Part shown: positions 53,701 through 64,000 of the stretch, one piece after another
Layout: each line of letters begins with the position of its first letter
Position numbering within the stretch: position 1 is the first letter of the stretch
Source of the DNA: Octopus bimaculoides
Taxonomy: Eukaryota
Assembly: GCF_001194135.2 (NCBI RefSeq)
Contig: NC_069004.1
Coordinates: forward strand, 19,689,263-19,753,262
Reading direction: 5' to 3'
Length of the DNA stretch: 64,000 nucleotides
Program-made: the position numbers and the translations under genes
Notes under the pieces: generated by a model
Seen by the model: the letters and a program-made list of their open reading frames with translations, nothing else
The model's database searches: none
Told to the model about the DNA's origin: nothing

Positions 53701-54667
53701 CAATGTGTCAGTGTGAAGACTTGGGGAAATAAACACACATACATATATATAGAAAGAGAGGGGTACACAATGAGCTTCCATATTTCACTCCCAAGGCTTT
53801 GGTCAACCCAAAGTCATAGCAAAATACACTTACCCATGGTGACACACAGTGTGATGGAACCTGAAACAATGTGGTTACTAAGTGAATGTTATACCACACA
53901 GCCATACCTGCATCTAGTTGTATTTATATCTAAACAGCACCAGACATTTTATTCGGCATGCTACGATTTCTGCCAGTGTTAATATTTCTTTTTAATTCTG
54001 GTACAAGGCCAGCACTTTCAAAGTGAGTGGGAAGCTGATTACATCAGTCCCACTGCTCAATTGTTACCTTATTTTATTGACCCTGTATTGATGAAAGACA
54101 ATGTCAACTTTGGGAGCACTCTTTGGGTGATAGCGATATTATGTTTGCATCTGCAAGCAACATATCCACTTGTTTGGTAGTTTTTATGTGTTAAAATAAT
54201 CATCATCATCATTTAGCTTCCATATTCTATGCTGCCATGGCTTGAACAGTTTGAAAGGATCTGACAAAGCAGAGGACTGTGTTGAGCTCCAAACTGTCTG
54301 TTTTGGTAAAATTTTTACGGTTGGATGCCCTTCCTAACACCAATCACTTTATAGCATGTACTGGGTGTTGTTTTGTGTCACCAGCACTGGTGGAATCACC
54401 CAGTAGCGGACAAGATTGCATTTGAACTCATAACATAAAGAGCCAGAAAATAATGGTTTAAAATTTTGGCAGAAGGCCAGCAATTTCAGGAGTGGGGAGT
54501 AAGTCAATTATATCAACCCTAGTTCTCAACTGGTACTTGTTTTATTAATCCTGAAAGGATGAAAAGCAAAGTCAACCTCGGCGGAATCTGAACTCAGAAT
54601 GCAAAGACAGATGAAATGCCACTCAGCATTTTGCCCACCGTGCTAACCGTTCTGCCAGCTTGTCACC

Positions 54668-54895
54668 TTAACCCTTTCGTTACCGTATTTATTTTGTGAT
54701 GCTCTGTGTTTCTTTCAATTACTTTAAATATAACAAAGAATTTAGTAATATAATTTAGTTATTACTCAGCTAGTGTTAGGAACATAAATTGTGACTAAGG
54801 TTTGGTGGAAGATTTTAATTCAAAGTTTATGAAAACAAGACATTTATACTCAGAGGCAGAGCCGGTTTCAGCGGGGTTGGTAGTGAAAGGGTTAA
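54668..54895. mobile_element. piggyBac-like MITE, second family
   Basis: TTAA-CCCTTTCGTTACC...GGTAGTGAAAGGG-TTAA. A related reverse fragment lies at ~21062-21225. Confidence 0.75.
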
Positions 54896-56234
54896 AGAGC
54901 CAGAAAAAATTGCCACTAGCTATTTTGTGCAATGGGCTAATGATTCTGCCAGTTGGTTGCCTTAATGCTTTCAAATTCTGCACAAGGCCAGCAGTTTTAA
55001 AGGATAAAGGCAAGTTCATTACTTTAACCCCTTTTCCTAACCAATAATTATTTTATTGACCTTAAAAGAATGAAAAGTGAAGCTAAACTCGGAACGTAAA
55101 AGAGACAGAAGAAATGCTGCCAAGCATTTTGTCTGGCACGGAAAAGATTATACCAGTCTTAATACCTGGTTTTACTCCAGGAGCAGATAACTTTTTACTC
55201 ACCTGAACTGACATTGAATCTTCTGATAAGAGATCAAAGCAGTAAAACACACTGAAGCTCAGATTTTGCTTTGTGAAGCTTTGTTGTTATTGTTATTAGT
55301 AGTGGTGTTTAACCCCAGTCCAGTTCTGGTCAAACAAATCTATGATCAGCTGCATTCCAGTAATCTTTTATCTTTTACTTGTTTCAGTCATTAGCCTAGG
55401 GCTCTGCCTTGAAGAATTTTTAGTTGAATGAATCGACCCAGTATTTTTTTTTTCCTTTAAGCCTCATACTTATTCTATCAGTCACTTTTGCTGAACTGTT
55501 AAGTTACAGGGATATAAACACACCAACACTGGTTATCAAATGGTGGTGGGGGATAAACACACACGCACACACATAATGGGCTGCTTTCAGTTTCTGTTTG
55601 CCCAAGGCTATGGTAGAAAATATTTGCCCAAGGTGCTGCGCAATGGAACTGAACCCAGAACCACATGGTTGGGAAGCAAACTTTTTACCACACAGCCAAA
55701 CTTGGTCATTTTTTTGTATAGCCACAACTGCTTCTATATCTGCAAATGGTAAGGTTTGATTTGACATTTGGCTGCTATTTTTAGCAAGTTAAGTAATCAC
55801 AAAGAGACCCATGTAATAGCTAAAAATCTATATTAGTTGTTACTGTTTATACCCTGGTTAACTCCTTCCATGCAGACTTTTGGTCNNNNNNNNNNNNNNN
55901 NNNNNNNNNNNNNNNNNNNNNNNNNNNNNNNNNNNNNNNNNNNNNNNNNNNNNNNNNNNNNNNNNNNNNNNNNNNNNNNNNNNNNTTATATCTACATATA
56001 CTTGGACTGTTTGGTGTTGGCTGCTATTCTTCAGAACACTGTGCTCTGTAACATACCGTAAAGTGCATGCTTGCTGTTTTGTAGGGAACATGGGGGAAGA
56101 ATCTTGAGGCTTCAGTGTAACTTGGTGAGCTGTTCTACTTTATATCTTTATTCCTTGCTTCATAACCATGCACGTAGAAGTTTGAATTGTTTACTTGATA
56201 ACAACACCCTGCTTCTCTCATTTCATATTATATA

Positions 56235-56455
56235 TAAAGAACAGAACAAATAGAGTCAAAAGAAGAAGGAGTACAATTCAACAGCTGTTTAATGACCACC
56301 ACATGTTTCAATACAACATAGATCCACATGTATAGATCCACATCTTAGATCCACATGTATATGTGGATCTATGTTGTATTGATACATGTGTAGTGGTCAT
56401 GAAACAGCTGTCGAATCATATTCCCTCTTCCTTTTGACTCTATTTATTCTTTCCT
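56235..56455. repeat. Imperfect foldback hairpin with an internal TAGATCCACAT triplication
   Basis: AATAGAGTCAAAAG...ACAGCTGTT...CAATACAACATAGATCCACAT is mirrored by ATGTGGATCTATGTTGTATTG...AACAGCTGT...CTTTTGACTCTATT. Confidence 0.8.
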
Positions 56456-56590
56456 TTTTATTTTTCACACTTGAGGAATGCCTAAGCCTAGAATTGGTAG
56501 TATATCATAATACTGCCGGCTATCTGGTAATTCTAAGGGCAAATGAGCTCTATTTTGTATTCTGATATGTTCTTAATGGAATATACCTCA

Positions 56591-56630
<40 letters not shown>

Positions 56631-56944
56631 CAAAAAGGAAGAATTCAATTGTCACTAACCATGACTGAGGGTGCATTGTAGCACCTACATTGCTAGAAGT
56701 AAGAGTCAAACACCCTTATAGCCACAAACATAGTACAAGTCTACACACTGACAGGGTAGTTAACCACCCCATTGCAAGTGAGGGTACTAAATTGGCAAGC
56801 CAGTTTCGCTTGAAATTAAAACTCATCAGTAGTACTGCTTCATTTCTTATAGTTAAGTCAAATCCAACCTGTCAGTATATAGATTTTACCATAAGAATCA
56901 GCCCATTTTCACATTACTATATACACACACACATATATATCATC

Positions 56945-56986
<42 letters not shown>

Positions 56987-57588
56987 TTATAGAAAAAAAA
57001 AGGTTAACGACTCAACATATCACACTCCCTCAATGATCATACATAAGAAATACAACATAATCCACCAAACATAGGAATAAAAAGATATAAAAATAACATA
57101 AGAAAAATAAAAGAATAAGAAATATATAAGAAGTAAGATGCAAGATATAGAACGTATAATATAAAAATTTATGCACAAATATATTATTTCAACTGATAAC
57201 ATACTAATAAATTAAGAATAATAAATTTGAGTTAAAGGTATAACACAATATACATATATATCATTTCATAAAAGTTCCAAATCAAGTTAAAGTTAAAATT
57301 AATATGATTAAAAATCCAAATATATAATATAGATTAAAATAAAATAAAATAAAGAAATGAGGTAAAACAAAATAGTCTATCGGTTAAANNNNNNNNNNGT
57401 TAAGGTGAATACAGGCACCCAGTAGGTATCAGCATGTAAAATCCAATTCTACTCACTGTGTCCAAAAGTTCACAAAACACATGGGTCAAAAGACAAATAC
57501 AGCACCCAGCAGGTACCAATCGGTACAATCCATTTCAACCACCATATATAAGAGTTCACAAAAAACATGGGTCAAAAAACAAATACAG

Positions 57589-57673
57589 CACCTATGGCCA
57601 TTTCAGGGGTACACCACTGTATTCTAAACACAATAGAGTGCAAAATGGTGATGCCCCCCCCCTCGTCAGGGTA
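57589..57673 (-). ncRNA. Type I hammerhead ribozyme motif in the Penelope element
   Basis: Minus strand: TACC-CTGACGA-G(9)...CACCA...TGGTG...CCCCT-GAA-ATGGCCAT-A-GGTG. Intact core, palindromic stem III and an AUA cleavage triplet. Confidence 0.65.
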
Positions 57674-57873
57674 AAATTACACACAAATGTCAAGCCATGC
57701 ACAAAAGGAAAAATTGTTTTTTATGAAGAGCAAGTTTATATAGTCAATATGGACCAGCCTATGCAAATAATGGTGGGGGAAAAAAACTACTTTAGAATAG
57801 TCAAACAGGCTGCAGTATCTAACTCAATCTTCCAGGTTTCAAATCACCCTAACGTAAACTATTGTACTTGTTA

Positions 57874-58260
57874 CTATCTATTGTTTTTATATTTATTTTT
57901 ATTTCTATATAGTTTCAAGAAGGTGGAGGAAAACTTATGCTTGCAGAAGGGGATTACTTCGGTGAACTTATTTAAGGCTTTTGGTCCAAAGGACCTGGGT
58001 ATTGCAAGGGATTCCCTAATACACAATGAGCATTTACTAATGTTTGCCTTAAAGTAGGGGGTTCTCGCTATAATCGACCATTCAAGAGAGTACTTTATAT
58101 TCTTCTTCTTGAGGTCGTGCAAATAAGAGGCAAGTGTAGTAGAGTTACCGTATTTTTCATTTGAAAACGAACTCATATGCACTCTATACCTAGCCTTAAA
58201 ATCCATCGTGCTTCTTATATAAAACTTATCTAGTTTTGTCCTCGTCTCTGATAATGCATT
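57874..58260 (-). mobile_element. Penelope-like element GIY-YIG endonuclease remnant (no RT visible)
   Basis: KFYIRSTMDFKARYRVHMSSF...TTLASYLHDLK...WSIIARTPYF...CSLCIRESLAI...LNKFTEVIPFCKHK follows the PLE endonuclease pattern. YIG is mutated to YIR. Confidence 0.85.
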
Positions 58261-59778
58261 TATATACAATGCATTATCAGAGACGAGGACAAAACTAGAT
58301 AAGTTTTATATAAGAAGCNNNNNNNNNNNNNNNNNNNNNNNNNNNNNNNNNNNNNNNNNNNNNNNNNNNNNNNNNNNNNNNNNNNNNNNNNNNNNNNNNN
58401 NNNNNNNNNNNNNNNNNNNNNNNNNNNNNNNNNNNNNNNNNNNNNNNNNNNNNNNNNNNNNNNNNNNNNNNNNNNNNNNNNNNNNNNNNNNNNNNNNNNN
58501 NNNNNNNNNNNNNNNNNNNNNNNNNNNNNNNNNNNNNNNNNNNNNNNNNNNNNNNNNNNNNNNNNNNNNNNNNNNNNNNNNNNNNNNNNNNNNNNNNNNN
58601 NNNNNNNNNNNNNNNNNNNNNNNNNNNNNNNNNNNNNNNNNNNNNNNNNNNNNNNNNNNNNNNNNNNNNNNNNNNNNNNNNNNNNNNNNNNNNNNNNNNN
58701 NNNNNNNNNNNNNNNNNNNNNNNNNNNNNNNNNNNNNNNNNNNNNNNNNNNNNNNNNNNNNNNNNNNNNNNNNNNNNNNNNNNNNNNNNNNNNNNNNNNN
58801 NNNNNNNNNNNNNNNNNNNNNNNNNNNNNNNNNNNNNNNNNNNNNNNNNNNNNNNNNNNNNNNNNNNNNNNNNNNNNNNNNNNNNNNNNNNNNNNNNNNN
58901 NNNNNNNNNNNNNNNNNNNNNNNNNNNNNNNNNNNNNNNNNNNNNNNNNNNNNNNNNNNNNNNNNNNNNNNNNNNNNNNNNNNNNNNNNNNNNNNNNNNN
59001 NNNNNNNNNNNNNNNNNNNNNNNNNNNNNNNNNNNNNNNNNNNNNNNNNNNNNNNNNNNNNNNNNNNNNNNNNNNNNNNNNNNNNNNNNNNNNNNNNNNN
59101 NNNNNNNNNNNNNNNNNNNNNNNNNNNNNNNNNNNNNNNNNNNNNNNNNNNNNNNNNNNNNNNNNNNNNNNNNNNNNNNNNNNNNNNNNNNNNNNNNNNN
59201 NNNNNNNNNNNNNNNNNNNNNNNNNNNNNNNNNNNNNNNNNNNNNNNNNNNNNNNNNNNNNNNNNNNNNNNNNNNNNNNNNNNTCTTTATTTTATTTTAT
59301 TTTATATCGATCTATATTATATATTTGAATTTTTAATCGTATTAATTTTAACTTTAACTTGATTTGGAACTTTTATGAAATGATATATATGTATATTGTG
59401 TTATACCTTTAACTCAAATTTATTATTCTTAATTTATTTGTATGTTATCAGTTGAAATAATATATTTGTGCATAAATTTTTATATTATACGTTCTATATC
59501 TTGCATCTTACTTCTTATATATTTCTTACTCTTTTATTTATTTTATTTTTCTTACGTTATTTTTATATCTTTTTATTCCTATGTTTGGTGGATTATGTTG
59601 TATTTCTTATGTATGATCATTAAGCGAGTGTGATATGTTGAGTCGTTAACCTAACGTTTTTATTCTGTAACTAATATTTTACTCTTGTCTCAATTATTCT
59701 GATCACTTCTCCTTGCAGCCCTGTATAAAATCTATTAGTTTCCTAAAAAGAAACTATTAATATTACACACACACACAC

Positions 59779-59811
<33 letters not shown>

Positions 59812-60040
59812 TAGATAGATAGATATACAGAGCAGGGAATCGTCAATTAGTAATAAAATTAATAATTAACAATTATGCCGGGTAGCTCAATATGAAAAAA
59901 CCTGTATGAAAGAACCAGTATGGTATACCATGAATATCACTATCAATTAGAGAAAAATTTGTAGTTTTTAGAATGCTGTTTCTGAATTTCTCAGTATGTT
60001 GGAGAAGCAGGTTTTCTGCTAATCCCTATATATTTATGAT

Positions 60041-60072
<32 letters not shown>

Positions 60073-60699
60073 TAATTTTTCATGTCTGGCCGTATAGCCT
60101 TTTTCGTTTGTTTTCCTGTCTTGTTTTCTTTTCCGTTTGTTTTCCTATCTTGTTTTCTGTCCGCCACTACATTCCTCCATGGTACAAATTTAATTTGTGT
60201 ATACAAATTCAATTTGTGGTCCGTGGGAAGAGCCATTTTAACGATGCGTCCTGCCCTAACTCTTCAAAACGCCTGTGTTAGAATGGGGGCAGCTGATGAA
60301 GGAAAATGTTCTCTATGTGGCCTGTGTGTTTTCTGTACTCTAGTTATTATTATTTTTTTGTCTACGTTTTGTGTGCAATGTCCTGGACCCAGATATGCAC
60401 CTATATATACAGGTAGACGTAGTTATGCACATACCTGTACGTATATATGCATATACTCATTTATTATTTGTTTCATATATATATACATATATATATATAT
60501 ATAATCAGCAGCATTGTTTTGACATCCACTTTTCCATGCATGCATGGTGTCAGGCAATTTACTGAGGCAGATTTTCTAAGGGTGGATGTTTTTCTTCTTT
60601 CCATACAAGGTAATTATTCCCTATCACATCATTTAGGATTCATTCCCACTGCATGGCACCTACTTTGGTGGGTTTGGCTGATGAAAACTGAAAGAAGTG

Positions 60700-60742
<43 letters not shown>

Positions 60743-61634
60743 TGTATATGTATAATTTTATATACACATGTGTGTATGAAAGTGCAAGAAGTGGTGTTGT
60801 CAGTTTCGCCTATCAAAAAACCAGCGGGGCACTTTGTGCCATCAAAGTCATGTGGAATTGGTGATCACTTACTTGAAAAACAGGTATGGATTAGCATCAG
60901 AAAGACCATGCAACTGTAAGACAAGGCCTCAAATATCATATTTGACCAACCTGTGCAAACATAAAAACAAACAGGCATAAATGAGTGAATGATATATATG
61001 TATCTCGATGAGATGACAAAGGACTGAGATACCTGGTGCTTTGCTGTACTCAAGAAGGCCTGTACTCCACAGCAGAAGTGTTAAGTCTTGTCTCCCTGGT
61101 GAAGAGGATTGGACTGCAAAAGTACCCAGCACGCTCTGTAAGGTGTTTGGTGTTAGGAAGAGCATCTAGCCATAGAAACCAAGCCAGATCAGACTGGAAC
61201 TTGGTGCAGCTCTGGTCAAACTATTCAACCCATGCCAGTATGGGCAACAGACATTAAATGATGATGATGATATATATAGATCAACGACAGAAAATAGAAT
61301 TTATGAGATTCTTTATTCAAAGTCACTACAATTGTTTTGATACATTCTCTCACCTGTAGTTCAGAGGCGAGATGATATGCGGTCAATTATCTTACATGAC
61401 AAATGTAGAATGCACCTCCTCAGGTGACTGTTTAAACAAGTTCCATGCCTATATCCATCGGGTAGCCAATAACTGGACAAGCTTTGCACAGCATTTGCCA
61501 ACATTTTTACCTCACCCTCACTTAACTATACATATATATGTGTGTGTGTGTGTTCCCTCCTATCTGTCAAAGGAGGCATATATATGTGTGTGTGTGTGTG
61601 TTCCCTCTTATCTATCAAAGGAGGCATATATAAA

Positions 61635-61665
<31 letters not shown>

Positions 61666-62648
61666 AGTGTCTGGAATAAAATAGCTACAATAGTTTTTGA
61701 AATGTATAAAAACAAAATTCTGATAATATAAAAAAAGTCTTTTATACAATGCTAAAGGGACTTTTGAATCATGCCTGTACATACTCTTTATTTCTTTCTC
61801 TCTCACACACACATATCAAATGAGGAGCTAAATATGCATTGAGAATTCATTTAACTCGCTTAAATTTCCACACTGCTTGCTTCAGATTGTTGGCACCACT
61901 CACACGCAATGATTTATATTTCACCTNNNNNNNNNNNNNNNNNNNNNNNNNNNNNNNNNNNNNNNNNNNNNNNNNNNNNNNNNNNNNNNNNNNNNNNNNN
62001 NNNNNNNNNNNNNNNNNNNNNNNNNNNNNNNNNNNNNNNNNNNNNNNNNNNNNNNNNNNNNNNNNNNNNNNNNNNNNNNNNNNNNNNNNNNNNNNNNNNN
62101 NNNNNNNNNNNNNNNNNNNNNNNNNNNNNNNNNNNNNNNNNNNNNNNNNNNNNNNNNNNNNNNNNNNNNNNNNNNNNNNNNNNNNNNNNNNNNNNNNNNN
62201 NNNNNNNNNNNNNNNNNNNNNNNNNNNNNNNNNNNNNNNNNNNNNNNNNNNNNNNNNNNNNNNNNNNNNNNNNNNNNNNNNNNNNNNNNNNNNNNNNNNN
62301 NNNNNNNNNNNNNNNNNNNNNNNNNNNNNNNNNNNNNNNNNNNNNNNNNNNNNNNNNNNNNNNNNNNNNNNNNNNNNNNNNNNNNNNNNNNNNNNNNNNN
62401 NNNNNNNNNNNNNNNNNNNNNNNNNNNNNNNNNNNNNNNNNNNNNNNNNNNNNNNNNNNNNNNNNNNNNNNNNNNNNNNNNNNNNNNNNNNNNNNNNNNN
62501 NNNNNNNNNNNNNNNNNNNNNNNNNNNNNNNNNNNNNNNNNNNNNNNNNNNNNNNNNNNNNNNNNNNNNNNNNNNATATATATGCATACATAAGAATGAG
62601 TAGACAAATGCAAAAGGCATTCAACATATTCAGTTGGAGTTACATCTA

Positions 62649-62820
62649 TTATTATTTAAAACAGTTTGATTCGACTCCAAGTGACTTAAAGTTTTATGAT
62701 TTTCTGACAGAAACCCATCTCTTTCAGGCTTAAATTACAGAATTCAGTAATCTAAACCTAAATGAGATGGGTTTCTGTCAGAAGCCTGTGAAACTTTAAC
62801 CAAATTGTTTTAAATAATAA
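62649..62820. repeat. Foldback hairpin / MITE
   Basis: Outer arms TTATTATTTAAAACA and TGTTTTAAATAATAA; inner arms TTCTGACAGAAACCCATCTC and GAGATGGGTTTCTGTCAGAA. Confidence 0.75.
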
Positions 62821-64000
62821 TAATGATAATAATAATAATAATGATCCTTTCTATTAAAGGCACAAGGCCTGAAATTTGGGGAGAGGGGACTAGTTGTAAA
62901 TGATTCTGCCAGCTCACTGCCTTAACAATAATAATAATAATGATGATTTCAAATTTTGCTACAAGGGCAGCAAGGGGAGGAGATGAATTGATTACATCGA
63001 CCCCAGTGTTCAACTGGTACTTATTTTATTGACCTTGGTGGAATTTGAACTCAGAATGTAAAGACAAGCGAAATACCCGCTAAGCATTTCGTCCGGCATG
63101 CTAATGATTCTGCCAGCTCGCCACCTTATAATAATGATAATAGTAATAATATTAAACAACCAAGTATCAAAACCTATAATGTGTGGAAAGAGACCCTGTG
63201 AGACCTCTGACAACAGGCTGCTGTCCTCTCTCACAGAATCTACCAGAACAAACAAGACCAAGCATTCTGAGAAATAAAAAAACAAATAATAATAGTAATA
63301 ATGATAATCCTTTCTACTAAAAACACAAGGCCTGAAATTTTGGGGGAGAGGTATAGTTGATTAACATCGACTCTGGTGTTTCACTGGTACTTAATTTATT
63401 GACCCTGAAAGGATGAAAGGCAAAGTTGATCTCAGTAGAATTTGAACTCAGGACATAAAGAAAGATGAAATACCACTAAGCATTTCAACTGGTAATAATA
63501 ATAATAATAATGATATATAGTAATTGCCACTTTTTTACAGATGAAGACCATCTCTTCAATTAGTAAATGTTATCATGAAATCTTGTATGACTAGCTAGTC
63601 TGGCTTTGGACAAACAGACCCTTCTGCAGATGTTATAAGCTTTTTCAGACAAAAACGGGAAATGTGTCAGGAATTGATGTCTAATACACTTTATAAAGGG
63701 TTCATTTCATTTATATATGTATATTTACATACATATAATGGCGGTGCCCCAGCATGGCAAAAGCCTCAAGGCTGGAACATATAAAAGAATATATATATTT
63801 ACATATATAGGCACAGGTTTGGCTGTGTGGTAAGAAGTTTGCTTCCCAACCGCATGGTTCCAGGTTCAGTTCCACTGTGTAGTACCTTGGGCAAGTATCA
63901 TGCTCACCAAAGCCTTGTGAGTGGCTTTGGTAGACGGAAACTGAAAAAAGCCCATTGTATGTATGTATGTATGTATGTGTATATATATATATATATATAT

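Larger units (their letters stand above)
56981..59676. repeat. ~2.7 kb palindrome (inverted duplication) of the Penelope-like element, centred at ~58264
   Basis: 58210-58260 is the perfect reverse complement of 58268-58318 (7-nt loop). About 56981-57356 is the slightly diverged reverse complement of 59284-59676. The middle of the right arm is in the gap 58319-59283. Confidence 0.8.

Noticed and set aside
57458-58057. 199-aa + strand ORF
   Set aside because: It is antisense to the PLE endonuclease and terminal repeat, with no recognisable domain.

Overview
AT-rich, repeat-dense animal genomic DNA with eight N-gaps. The SINE/MITE content suggests a cephalopod, probably Octopus (inference). The main gene is a + strand REV3L (DNA polymerase zeta catalytic subunit) homologue. 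Seven small exons (4001-24156) encode N-terminal-domain motifs and the start of the insert, and one giant ~6.7 kb exon (26206-32917) ends just after the first REV7-binding motif. At least one exon appears to fall in an assembly gap. No polymerase/exonuclease exons were recognised in the remaining 31 kb. Instead the giant exon reads through a GT donor to a stop at 32939, followed by ~3.3 kb of SINE-free UTR-like DNA and a canonical poly(A) signal, which suggests a polymerase-less REV3L isoform or a split gene. The rest is four SINE families, Tc1/mariner remnants, piggyBac- and hAT-like MITEs, foldback hairpins and microsatellites. A ~2.7 kb palindromic Penelope-like element carries a GIY-YIG ORF and an apparently intact hammerhead ribozyme motif. 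Weak evidence points to a convergent minus-strand gene at 41.4-51.6 kb. Protein comparisons are from memory of human REV3L and TE families; no searches were run, and repeat boundaries are approximate.
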